Position numbers and translations under genes: made by a program. Below are positions 1 to 11,389 of a stretch of 64,000 nucleotides of DNA, in pieces; the first letter of the stretch is position 1; every line of letters begins with the position of its first letter. The notes below the pieces were generated by a model. It ran no database searches. It was not told where the DNA came from and was given only the letters and a program-made list of their open reading frames with translations. This DNA is from Mobula birostris (lineage: Eukaryota). Where the stretch lies: contig NC_092383.1 of the NCBI RefSeq assembly GCF_030028105.1, forward strand, positions 97,859,604-97,923,603, given 5' to 3'.

Positions 1-98
1 CCGTGATCTACAGATAGAGGACATTGGTGATTATGAGGTGACTGTTACAGCAAGTTCAGGAGCACAGACTCAGAACAAAATGCGACTGAAGGTGTGCG
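1..98 (+). CDS. Gene A IgV exon 1, 3' part (CD2/SLAM-like V domain)
   Basis: Frame from base 2 reads RDLQIEDIGDYEVTVTASSGAQTQNKMRLKVC, then G|GTGAGT donor at 99 (phase 1). Exon end and following intron match gene B V1 (47761-48081). Confidence 0.85.
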
Positions 99-1956
99 GT
101 GAGTGAGATGCCGTGGAGGGGCCTGGGTTTCATCAGTTCCTGAAATGTCCCTAGTTAATGGGCGAGGGGTGATCCTGTGTGCTCCCCTGTTTTCTGAATC
201 CTACTGTCTGTCTGCATCCAGAGCTGGGCTCATGGTCCCAGTGTAGTGTGGCTGAGTCAGTGTGAGGCTGGAGGACACACTCACCACATCTGCGGAGACT
301 GGACCAGAGACTGAAGCATCGAACTGTCAATGGGGAGCCTTGTGACTCCGATGCTGGAGGGGATGAGCAGATTGAGAAGGGGGAACAGGAGAAAGGCCGA
401 TCTGGTGGGAGGGACGGATGATTGGATCCCACTGTATCCTGTCAAAGGCCTGGTCTGTCATGTTCAGGGATCCCATTTTCCCAGGATACTGCTTGTTAAT
501 TCCCTAGCCTGAGGTCTGAGCTCAGCAAGGTGTTTATTCCTCAGCCTTCGTGCTGTGCTGAGTGAGAGCCTGTGTATTCATTACACTGAATGTAGTGTCC
601 CAGTGAGTGACACAGTACACGGACACAACAGCACACTCACACACACCAGTATGGTTCCTGACTCACCCTAACAGTAATATAACATTCACAATTATCTCAC
701 TCAGCAACGTCTGTCTGAGAAATCTCCTCCACCCCAGGTTTAACGGGTTCCATTGGAGGGAGGAGAATGTCAGAACATGGGGAATAGAACATCACAGGAA
801 CAGCTCCTCAGCCTCATGATGTGCTGCCAAACTCATTGCTAATGGAATCCAGTTAAGCTAATCCCTTCTGACTGTTCGTGCTCCATATGCCTTTATTCTC
901 TACACATTCATGTGTGTATGTACAGCCTCTCAAAAATCTCTTTGGCCTTTGCCTCTATCACAACTCCCGGCAGCCCATTTCAGGCTCCCACCACTCTCTG
1001 TGTAAAGAAAAACTTGCCCTGCACATCTCCTTTGAATTCACCCCTGTCACTGTAAATGCACAATCTCTGGCATTAGCCACTTTTTAAATGATTTTTAAAA
1101 ATTTTATCGAGATACTGCGGGCAATAGGCCCTTCCGGGACTTTGAGACTCGCAGCCCAGCGATTCCCCCAATTGTAACCCAGCCTAATCACAGGGCAATT
1201 TATAATGACCAATTAACCATCCAATCGGTACATTATTGGACTGTGGGAGGAAACCAGAGAACGCAGAGGAATCCCACGTGGACATGGGGAGAATGCACAA
1301 ACTCCTTACGGGCAGTGGGAATTCAACCTGGTTCACTGGTATTGTAAAGCGTTGTGCTAACCACTAAGCTATCATGCCACCCCTGGGAAAAAATCCTGTC
1401 TGTCTATCATCTGTGTCCTTAAAAATGTTATAAACTTGTATCAGGTCAATCCTCAACCTCCGGCACTCAGAGGAAACAACCCAAATATGTCCAAACTTTT
1501 CTTCCAGCACATGCCCTGTAATCCGGGCACCAAGATGGTAAATGTCTGTTCCCTCTCCAAAGCCTTCACATTCTTCCTTTAATGGGGTGGCTGGAAATGA
1601 ATGCAATACTCCAGATGTGGCCTAATTAGAATTTTCAAAGATGTAGCATAACTTCTTGCCTTTTGAACTCAGTGCCTCGACTGATGAGGACAAGCATGTA
1701 AAATCCCTTCTTTTTTTTAATATAATTTTTATTAAATTTTCAAAATGAATACATGGAAAGATAATATCTACCCTACCTCCTCCCCTTAACCCTTCCCCCC
1801 TCCCCCCCGTATGTAGTCCTACCTAAAAAGAAAAGAAAGAGAAAAAAAGAACCGCCTGGGTATTGGGAGGTTTCCACATGCTCCATGGGATTTAAAATAA
1901 ATTTAGTATACTTATTCGTTAGTTTCCCCAAGGGACCAAGATCTTTATCGGAGCAA

Positions 1957-4900
1957 TTAAATATGCCATCCTACCTTTTGTAAATAAGGGCGCCAGATAT
2001 TCAAAAATGTTTCATATTTATCTCTTAAATTATAAGTAATTTTTTCGAGTGGAATAGAACTAGCCATTTAATTGTTCCAACGATTCATACTTAAATACGA
2101 ATCAAATTTCCAAGTCACAGCTATAGTCTTCTTAGCTACTGCCAATGCAATTTTTATAAATTTTTTCTGATACTTATTCAATTTAAGTTTTGGCTTTATC
2201 CCTTCAATATCACCTAGTAGAAATAATACAGGGTTATGTGGAAGTTGAGTTCCAGTAATTTGTTCCAATAAGACTCTTAAATTTATCCAAAAGGGTTGAA
2301 TTTTAAAACAAGACCAAGTAGAATGTAAAAAAGTACCAATTCCTTGATTACACTGAAAGCATTTATCGGATAGATTTGAATTTAATCTATTTATTTTTTG
2401 TGGTGTAATATTATTGGTGTAAAAAGTTATATTGTACTAATCTAAGTCGAACATTTATTGTATTTGTCATACTGTCAAGGCACAGTCTTGACCAATTTGT
2501 TTCATCAATATTGATATTCAGATCTGTTTCCCATTTTTGTTTTGACTTATGGATTCCTTGTTTAATTGTCTGTTTTTGAATCAAATTATACATACAAGAA
2601 ATAAATTTTTTAATTTTCCCTTTTTGAATTAAAATTTCAATTTCATTAGGCTTTGGCAAAAACATTGTTTGACCCAGCTTGCCTTTTAAATAAGCCCTTA
2701 ATTGAAGGTAACAAAAGAAAGTGTTATTTGATATTTTATATTTATCCTTTAGTTGTTCAAATGACATCAATATACCTCGTTCATAACAGTCTCCTATAAA
2801 TCTAATCCCTTTTTGGTACCAATTATATAAAAGTTGATTGTCCATTGTAAAAGGAATAAGCCTGTTTTGAAACAAAGGTCTCCTTGCTAATAAAGATTTC
2901 TGTATTTCATTATCAACATTTACCTTATTCCATAGATCAATCAAATGTATTAATATAGGAGATTCTTTCTTTTCCCATATCCATTTAGATTCCCATTTAT
3001 ATATAAAATCTTCAGGTCTATTTTCTCCTATCTTGTCTAATTCTATTTTAATCCATGCTGGTTTTCGATCATCGAAGAAAGATGCAATAAATCTAAGTTG
3101 ATTTGCTTTATAATAATTCTTAAAGTTTGGAAGTTGTAACCCTCCTAACTCAAATTTACATGTCAATTTTTCCAATGATATTCTTGACATCTTACCTTTC
3201 CAAAGAAATTTTCTCACACATTTATTTAACTCTTGGAAAAAAAATTCTGTGGCAATTGTATTGGTAATGTTTGAAACAAATATTGTAATCTGGGAAATAT
3301 ATTCATTTTTACAACATCGACTCTGCCTGCTAATGTTATTGGTAGTATCATCCATTTGTGAAGATCTTCTTGAATTTTTTTCAATAGTGGTACATAATTA
3401 AATTTATATAAATTCTTTACATCATTATCAAGTCTTATACCTAAATATACCATTTACTGGTCATCTAAATTGTGTTGCTGATCAACATTGGCTATAGTCT
3501 CCTTTAGTAAGAGGTAAAATTTCACTTTTATCCCAATTTATTTTATAACCTGATACCTTCCCATATTCCTCCAATCTAAAAGATAATTTATGTAGCGAAT
3601 GTTGTGGGTTTGTTAAGTAAATCAAAACACCATCAGCAAAAAGATTAATTTTATATTCTTCCTGATTAACTCTAAAACCCATAATATCTGGATCAATTCT
3701 GATTAGTTCTGCTAATGGCTCTATCACCAGTATAAATAAAGCAGGTGATAATGGACAACCTTGTCTAGTTGACCTTTTTAACTGGAATGGTGTTGAAATT
3801 TGAGAAGTTTGTCACTACTTTAGCATTAGGGTTAGTATTTAAAGTTTTAATCCAATTTATAAAAGATGTTCCTAACCCATATTTTTCTAATACTTTAAAT
3901 AAAAAAATCCCATTCCAATCTATCAAATGCTTTTTCTGCATCCAAGGCTACTACTATACTCTTCTCCTCCCTTTTTTGTGCCAAATGAATTATACTGAGT
4001 AACCGAGTTACATTATCTGCCAATTGTCTATTTTTAATAAATCCTGTTTGATCCATATGTATTAATTTTGGTAAATATTTAGATAATCTATTCGATAGAA
4101 TTTTTGCTATTATTTTATAATCCGTATTCAATAAAGAAATAGGCCTGTATGATGTTGGTTTCATTGGATCTCTGTCTTTTTTTGGCAATACTATTACAAT
4201 CGCTGTTGAAAAAGATTCTGGGAGTTTATGTATTTTTTCTGCTTGACGTATTAGCTCGATAAAGGGAGAAAATAATAAATCTTTAAACTTTTTATAAAAT
4301 TCAGGTGGAAAACCATCTTCTCCTGGAGATTTATTACTTTGGGGTGATCCTAAAGCTTCTTCAACCTCTTTTAATGTAAAAGGCGTATCTAATCCCTTCT
4401 GTTCTTCCGAATTCAATTTTGGAAGAGTTACTTGTGATAAAAACCTTTCTATCTCATTAACATCATTTTGTGATTCTGATTGATATAATTCAGAATAGAA
4501 ACTTTTAAAGGTTTCATTTATTTCAAAAGGTTTATAAGTTATTTTATTTGCACTTGTTCTAATTGCATTTATTGTTTTGGAAGCTTGTTCCGTTTTCAAC
4601 TGCCAAGCAAGAATTTTATGTGCTCTCTCACCTAACTCATAATACCTTTGCTTAGTTCTTATGATTGCTTTTTCCATTCTATATGTCTGAAGCGTATTAT
4701 ATTGTAACTTCTTATTGACAAGTTGCCTTCGTTTTTCTTCCAACATATATCTTTGAGATTCTTTTTCTAATTTTGTAATCTCTTTTTCTAATTGATCTAG
4801 TTCTGCCATATATTCTTTCTTGATTTTAGATGTATAGCTTATTATCTGGCCCCTCAAATATGCTTTCATTGCATCCCATAATATAAATTTATCATCCACT

Positions 4901-5730
4901 GAATGAAAATTTGTATCCAAAAAAAATTGGATCTGCTTTTTCATAAAATCACAAAAATCTTGACATTTTAATAATGTTGAGTTAAATCTCCATCTATAAG
5001 CCACTTCTTCCTTACCAGTCATTATTATTGTCATTAATAAAGGAGAATGATCTGACAATATTCTTGCTTTATATTCCATATTTTTCACTCTGTGTTGAAT
5101 ATGCATTGATAATAGGAAAAATTCTATCCTTGAGTAAGTTTTGTGTCTATGAGAATAGAACGAATAGTCTCTTTCTTTAGGATTGATTCTTCTCCATATA
5201 TCAATCAAATTTAAATCTTTCATCAATGATAGAGTTGGATTTACTACTTTCGATTTTGTAACAGCCTTAGTTGATCTATCTAAGACTGGGTCTAAGCAAA
5301 AATTAAAATCTCCTCCTATTAATATTTTTTCATGTGCATCAGCCAAATTCAAAAAAGCTTCTTGTATGAATTTTGCATCATTTTCATTTGGTGCATAAAT
5401 ATTCATAAAAGTCCATGATTCAGAGAAAAGTTGACAATATATAATCACATATCTCCCTGCAGAATCGGTTATTACATTTTGTATTCTAATTGGTAACATT
5501 TTATTGATCAAAATTGCTACTCTCCTCGCTTTTGAATTAAATGAAGCTGCAACAACACTACCCACCCAATCTCTCTTTAATTTCTGATGTTCTGTTTCTG
5601 TTAAATGCATTTCCTGTAAAAAGGCTTAATCTATCTTCATTTTCTTAATATGTGTTAAGATTCTTTTCCTTTTCACTGGTCCATTAAGCCCATTAAGATT
5701 AAAGCTCAAAAAATTCAATAAATTAGTCAT
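1957..5730 (-). pseudogene. L1 ORF2 (AP endonuclease + reverse transcriptase), broken by stops and frameshifts
   Basis: ATG at 5730 (MTNLLNFLSFNLNGLN), stop near 5628, ORF-track pieces 3895-5610, 3482-3727, 3226-3453, 2411-3355, 2068-2268; terminal TAA at 1957. Confidence 0.9.
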
Positions 5731-6246
5731 TATTTTTAACAAAGTTACTCCAATCTAAAACATTACTTAGCTTCTCAACTCTCATAGTTCCTTGGGGAAT
5801 CTCTTTGAACTTCACCAAGTTGCTATGTGTTTCCCTCCCAATAATCCAGGCAAAAAGAAAAAAAAGATAGATGAGATATAAAAAAAGAAAAAAACAAAAT
5901 ACCCCCCCACTAATGTTGTGAATGAAAGGATACACAACACTACCCCCCTCCATTTTGCGGGTTGTGGCTAAAGCCACGCTTGCACACATGATTAACGTAG
6001 CAATTGGTCAGTGCTTCTTCCAGCTCCCCCGTAACAAAAAAATTATATATAGATTTAAAAAAATTAATGTTACTATTCCCAACTAGTATTCCTCAAATTT
6101 TAACCTTACTTCCCCTCCCTCATATAATTCGTAATATATTTATATATTCATCCACCTTCAAAAATCCAACAAGTCCATTCTTTGACCCAGTCTTCTTCTT
6201 CAATCCATCTCGCTCCCCTGGTTTTGTTCTTGTATCTGGTGAATAT

Positions 6247-6516
6247 TCAGAGAATCTTGCACAAACTGCTCCGCTTTCTGGTAATCATCCGGTAAAAATC
6301 TTTTTTCTCCACCAGCCAAAAAATCTTCAAGGTTGCAGGATAACGCAATATAAATTGATAACCATGATCCCATAGGACTTTTTTCACTGGATTAAATTTC
6401 TTCCTTCTCTTCAAAAGTTCATAACTTATGTCAGGGTAGAAAAAAATTTTATTCCCTTGAACCATCAATGGCCCTTTTCTATTCTTGGCAGCTTGGGCAG
6501 CTGCCTGTGGAATCCT
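6247..6516 (-). pseudogene. L1 ORF1 C-terminal fragment
   Basis: QAAAQAAKNRKGPLMVQGNKIFFYPDISYELLKRRKKFNPVKKVL...RYPATLKI, typical of the L1 ORF1p C-terminal domain. Confidence 0.85.
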
Positions 6517-6652
6517 TTGCAAATGAAAGAGGAGGACCAATCAATTGAAATTGAGCGGGCACATAGAGCTCTAAGACCAAAACCACAAGATGACCAATAT
6601 CCACTAGCAATTTTAATAAAATTCTGAAGATTTCAAGACAAGGAAAGGATTC
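6517..6652 (+). mobile_element. Inverted 5' segment of the L1 (ORF1 RRM region)
   Basis: + strand reads LQMKEEDQSIEIERAHRALRPKPQDDQYPLAILIKF*RFQDKERI, the sequence that natively precedes the minus-strand QAAAQAAK; it abuts the right TSD. Confidence 0.9.
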
Positions 6653-7155
6653 TAAAATCCCTTCTTTACCCCCCAATCAACATGCAGCCACGTATCCCCA
6701 CCCATGTCTGCATCTGATCCATGTCCAATTGCATCTATTGGCACTCCCCTGCACCATCCACAACACCGACAGTCTGTTGGAGGCCTTTGGCCGACCTAGA
6801 GCCTATTCCCCACTCACTAAAATCGGGGTTGGTCTGACCCTGATCTCAGCTCTACTTTCCTGCCTGTTTCCACCCATCTCCCCAAATCCTCCCCAGATCA
6901 AAACTCTGACTGAACCTTGAATACAGTGACTCAGCCTCCACAACTCTCTGGGGAAGAAAATTCCATCGATTCCTGAACCTTAGAGAGGAGAAATCCTTCC
7001 TCATATCTGTCTGAAATTATGGTCCCTTATTCTGAAACTGTGCCCTTGTTTTAGATCATACAGGAGGGGGAAACATCCTCCCAACACCCACCTCACCCCG
7101 ATTCCTGCTCCAGTCACTGAACTCACCAGCTGACTGCCTCCTCTTGTCTCCTCAG

Positions 7156-7458
7156 AATGGATGGAGACCGTGAAAGGACTTTGGGGACAGTGGGTCTCCT
7201 TACCTGCTGGGATCACAGGCGGGCTGGACGTTTCTCAGGTGGTGTGGAGAAGAGACGGAACCACAATAGCAGAATATGCAAATGGAGTCATTTCTTACTT
7301 CGGTCCTGAGGAGTACAAGCGACGGATAACTCTTTATCCCGGGAACTTCAGTCTGAAAATCCGTGATCTACAGAGAGAGGATACTGGTGATTATGAGGTG
7401 ACTGTTACACCAAGTAGAGGAGGACAGATTCAGGCGGAAATGCGACTGGAGGTAAATG
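7156..7458 (+). CDS. Gene A IgV exon 2 (CD2/SLAM-like, no canonical Cys pair)
   Basis: Acceptor CTCTTGTCTCCTCAG, 303 nt, phase 1-1, donor GTGAGT. Translation has VVWRR (C-strand Trp), FSLKIRDLQREDTGDYEV (D-x-G-x-Y without Cys), RLEV. Confidence 0.9.
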
Positions 7459-8946
7459 GTGAGTGAAGCGTTGCAGAGGGCCCAGGTTTCTTTGATTCCT
7501 CTAACACTTCCAATTAATGGGTGAAGGCAGATCCTGTGTGTTCCCCTGTTTTCTAAACCCCACTGACTGTCCGTGTCCAGAGCTGGGCTCACGGTTCCAG
7601 TGTAGTGGGATTGAGTCAGTGTGAGTCTGGAGGACACACTCACCACATCCCCGGAGGCTGGACTAGAAACTATGAAGCATTGAACTTTCAATGGGGATCC
7701 TTGTGGCTCCAAGGCTGGAGGGGATGAACAGATGGTGTGGGGGATTGGGAGATGGGCGGATGGTGTGAGGGGGGCTGGTGGTTGGGCCAAACAGTCTATA
7801 TCTGTGGGTCAGTTCAACAGATCCCTCTGTATCCCCAGGTCAAAGTCCTGGTCTTTCATGTTCAGGGATCCCATTTTCCGAGGGCACTGCTTGTGACTTC
7901 TCCAGACTGAGGTCTGAGCTCAGCAAGGTGTTTATTCCTCAGCCTTCATGCTGTACTGTGCTGCGTGAGACCCTGTGTATTCATTACACTGAATATAATG
8001 TCCCAGTGAATGACACAGTACACGGACACAACAGCACACACACACAGCAATATGGTTCCTGACTCGCTCAAACAGTAATATCACATTCACAGTAATCTCA
8101 CTCAGCAACGTTTGTCTGAGAAATCTCCTCCACCCCAGGTTTAACGGGTCCCATTGGAGGGGGGAGAATGTCAGAACGTGGGGAATGGAACATCACAGGA
8201 ACAGCTCCTCAGCCTCATGATGTGCTGCCAAACTCATTGCTAATGGAACCCAGTTAAGCTAATCCCTTCTGACTGTTCGTGTTCCATATGCCTTTATTCT
8301 CTAGACATTCATGTGTGTATGTGACAGCCTCTCAAAAGTCTCTCTGGCCTTTGCCTCTACCACCACTCCAGACAGCCCATTTCAGGCTCCCACTCCCACT
8401 CTCTGTGTGAAGAAAAACTTGCCCTGCACATCTCCTTTGAATTTACCCCTGTCACTGTAAGTGCACCATCTCCGGTATTAGACACTTTTTATTTGATTTT
8501 TAAAAATTTTTTTGAGATACACCAGGGAATAGTCCCTTCTGGGATTTGAACCACACTGCCCAGCAATCCCCTGATTGTAACCCAGCCTAATCACAGGACA
8601 ATTTATAATGACTGATTAACCATCCAATCGGTACGTGTTTGGACTGTGGGGGAAAACCAGAGCACGCAGAGGAATCCCACGTGGACACGGGGAGAATGTA
8701 CAAACTCCTTATGGGCAGCGGGAATTCAACCTGGTTCACTGGTACTGTAAAGCGTTGTGCTAACCACTACGCTATAGTACAACCCTTGGGCGGAAAAATC
8801 CTGGCTTTACAGTACCAGTTGGAAGTGATTAGCTTCTACTTTAAACGCAAACAACAGGAATTCTGCAGACGCTGGAAATTCAAGCAACACACATCAAAGT
8901 TGCTGGTGAACGCAGCAGGCCAGGCAGCATCTCTAGGAAGAGGTGC

Positions 8947-8982
8947 AGTCGACGTTTCAGGCCGAGATCCTTCGTCAGGACT
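8947..8982 (-). ncRNA. Minimal type I hammerhead ribozyme motif
   Basis: Reverse complement: AGTC-CTGACGA-AGGATCTCGGCCT-GAAAC-GTC-GACT (stem I, core, stem II, palindromic ACGT stem III, GUC cleavage triplet). Confidence 0.75.
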
Positions 8983-9078
8983 AACTGAAGGAAGAGTGAG
9001 TAAGGGATTTGAAAGTTGGAGGGGGAGGGGGAGATCCAAAATCAACTTTCAAATCCCTTACTCACTCTTCCTTCAGTT

Positions 9079-9114
9079 AGTCCTGACGAAGGATCTCGGC
9101 CTGAAACGTCGACT
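9079..9114 (+). ncRNA. Minimal type I hammerhead ribozyme motif
   Basis: AGTC 9079-82, CTGACGA 9083-89, AGG...CCT stem II 9090-9102, GAAAC 9103-07, GTC 9108-10, GACT 9111-14. Confidence 0.75.
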
Positions 9115-9998
9115 GCACCTCTTCCTAGAGATGCTGCCTGGCCTGCTGCGTTCACCAGCAACTTTTATGTGTGTAGCTTCTACTTTATCTGTGTTCTTAA
9201 AAATGTTATAAACTTCTATCAGGTCTATCCTCAACCTCAGACACTCAGAGGAAACAACCCAAATCTGTCCAATTGTTTTTCTTCCAGCACCTGCCCTATA
9301 ATCTAAGCAGTATCATGGTAAATGTCTGTACCCTCTCCAAAGCCTCCCCATCCTACCTTTAATTGGGTGGCTGGAAGTGAATGCAATACCTTAGATGTGG
9401 CCAAACCAGAATTTAAAAGATGTAGCATAAGTTCCTGACTGTTGAACTCAGTGCCTCGACTGATGAGGACAAGCATGTAAAGTCCCTTCTTTACCCCCCT
9501 GATCAACATGCAGCCACGTTTCCCCACCCATGTCTGCATCTGATCCATGTCCAGTTGCACATATTGGCGCTCCCCTGCACCATCCACAACACCACCAATC
9601 TTTATCTCATCTACAAATGTGCTAACCGTCCCATCTATATTTCTGTCCTTCGGCTCCTGAATCCTAAAATCCATTCACTGAGATCAGGGCTGGTTTGACC
9701 TTGAACTCGGCTCCACTTTCCAGCTTGTTCCCACGCCTTAAGCGACTACTCCAGATCAGATCTCTCTCAGCCTTGAATACAGTGACTCCACTGCTCTCTG
9801 GGGGAAAAAAATGGGGAGATTCCTGACCCTTGGAGAGGAGACATCATTCCTCATCTCTGTCTGAAATGGTGCTTTATTCTGAAACTGTGCCTTGTTCTAC
9901 ACCCCACACAAAGATGAACACCTCCCCAGAACCCACCTCACTCTTGATTCCTCCAGTCACTGAGCTTACCTGCTGACTGCCTCCTCTTGTCTCCACAG

Positions 9999-10086
9999 AC
10001 TGGGTGGAGACTGCGAAAGGAGTTTAGGGACATATGGTCTCTTTGCCTGGTGGGATCTCAGCCAGACTGGATGTTCCTAAGGTGGT
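9999..10086 (+). pseudogene. Truncated IgV pseudo-exon in gene A
   Basis: Intact acceptor CTCCTCTTGTCTCCACAG; reads DWVETAKGV*GHMVSLPGGISARLDVPKVV (TAG at 10025-27). Homology then jumps to sequence resembling 13170-13280, implying a deletion. Confidence 0.8.
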
Positions 10087-10221
10087 TCTGGTCCCAATAG
10101 CTTCGTCTGCACCCCTTATGAAAACGTGCTTGGTGCTCTTATTGTTGCGGAGACCAGAACTGTGCATGGTGCTCCCAGTGAGGTCCAATCCAGGGATATG
10201 GAGACCAGAATTTGGGGGTGT

Positions 10222-10392
10222 GAGAGGTGATTAAAAAGGGGACTGACGGTAATGGGTGTGTGTGAGAGGTGATTGGAAAGGGGACTGATGGTAATGGGTG
10301 TGTGTGAGAGGTTTGGAAAGGGAACTGATGGTAATGAGCGTGTGTGAGAGGTTTGGGAAGGGAACTGACGGTAATGGGCGTGTGTGAGAGGC
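10222..10392 (+). repeat. ~42-bp minisatellite (GAGAGGTGATTGGAAAGGGGACTGATGGTAATGGGTGTGTGT)
   Basis: About 4 tandem copies; same unit at 13408-13612. Confidence 0.8.
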
Positions 10393-10577
10393 AGCAGGCA
10401 TCACCTTCCTGTCTCCAACCAGCTAACAGGAATCACCTGACACTGGTTCCCAATTCTTCACTTGCAGCCTATTTTAAACCAAGCTCTCATCCACAGCCCT
10501 TGTTCATTCATCATGCCCACCAGCCTCAACCAGTTGCTCCTGGCCTTCAGTTACCTTGTTGCCTTGTCGTCTAAGAC

Positions 10578-11135
10578 ATTTTAGAACATCAAACGGTACA
10601 GCGCAGGGACAGGCCCTTTGTCCCATAATGTTATGCCTAACTAACTAAATTAGTAATCAAATGCCCAACTAAACTAATCCCTTCTGCTTACACATTGCCC
10701 ATACGCTTCCAGTTCCAGCATGTTTGTGTGCCTATCTAAACGCCTCCACCACCACCATCACGGGCAGCACGTTCCAGGCACCCACCACCCACCCTCTGTG
10801 TAAAAATACTTGCTTCACATCTCCTTCCAACTTAACCCCTGTCATCTTAAATGCATGTACTCTGCTATTAAACATTCCAACCCTGTCTGTCTACTCTATC
10901 TATGCCTCGCATAATCTGATAAACCTCTATCAGATCTTCCCTTAGCTTCTGCCACTCCAGAGGAAATAACCTAAGTTTGTCCAACATTTTTGACCCTGGA
11001 GAAAAATACAGGCTAACTACTTTATCTGTGTCCTTCAAAATTTATAAACTTATGTCAGGTCTATCTTTAACCTCTGACACTCAGAGGAAACATTCCAAGT
11101 TTGTCCAGAAATTCCTTATAGCACGTGCTTTTTAA
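10578..11135 (-). mobile_element. Old CR1 3'-end fragment
   Basis: CR1-type tail (AGAACATCAAACGGTACAGCGCAGGGACAGGCCCTT) and RT C-terminal-like sequence as in other CR1 copies here. Confidence 0.6.
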
Positions 11136-11147
11136 TCTAGGCACTCA

Positions 11148-11389
11148 CCGCCAAGGTATGATCCCAGCACGTTAGGAGACTGTCTGTCCCGAAGCTCCTT
11201 TCACAGTCCCCATCCAGTCTGAGGAGACAAGAGGAGGCAGTCAGCAGGTGAGCTTAGAGACTGGAGCAGGAATCAGAGTGAGGTGGGTTCTGAATGAGGG
11301 CACAGTTTCAAAATAAGGGACCACCATTTCAGACAGAGATGATCCCCTCGCCAAAGGTCTGGAATCAATGCAATTTTCTCCCAAAAAGA
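11148..11389 (-). repeat. Inverted duplicate of 11878-12119 (gene A V3 acceptor region plus first 71 nt of exon)
   Basis: 242-bp reverse complement, no indels, 4 mismatches found by hand; 488-nt spacer. Confidence 0.95.

Larger units (their letters stand above)
1714..6652 (-). mobile_element. L1-clade LINE, 5'-truncated within ORF1, with 5' inversion; 15-bp TSD TAAAATCCCTTCTTT at 1699-1713 and 6653-6667
   Basis: Poly(T) and TTTATT at the left end. ORF2 motifs GGDFN, SDH, KSPGEDG, YRPISLLN, DAEKAFD, FADG. ORF1 C-terminus (IFFYPDIS, RYPATLKI). The empty site TAAAATCCCTTCTTTACC is present in paralogous introns (about 9480, 49713, 52165). Confidence 0.95.
99..7155 (+). repeat. Segmental duplication unit (V1-V2 intron), paralogous to 48082-50221 and related to 7459-9700 and 50525-52280
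   Basis: Long colinear blocks (e.g. CTGAGCTCAGCAAGGTGTTTATTCCTCAGCC, CAGGAACAGCTCCTCAGC) recur near 530, 7915, 48525 and 50985. This copy is interrupted by the L1 at 1714-6652. Confidence 0.9.
8844..9173. mobile_element. Penelope-like element terminal-repeat fragment arranged as an inverted repeat
   Basis: Arms 8882-9018 and 9043-9179 (137 bp, 2 mismatches). Same family as 44778-45290. Absent from the paralogous intron near 51865. Direct repeat TAGCTTCTACTTTA at 8830-8843 and 9174-9187. Confidence 0.8.

Noticed and set aside
7161-7466. ORF-track calls of about 101-aa standalone proteins starting at Met (also 12054, 47787, 50227, 54355)
   Set aside because: They are internal exons bounded by AG and GTGAGT; the start codons lie inside the exon and there is no signal peptide.
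7368-7790. Minus-strand ORFs in the V1/V2 introns (also 151-432, 50471-50941) with GSPLTVRC resembling an FcRL-type domain start
   Set aside because: No Trp or second Cys at Ig spacing, the frame differs between copies, and the ORFs overlap the sense exon.
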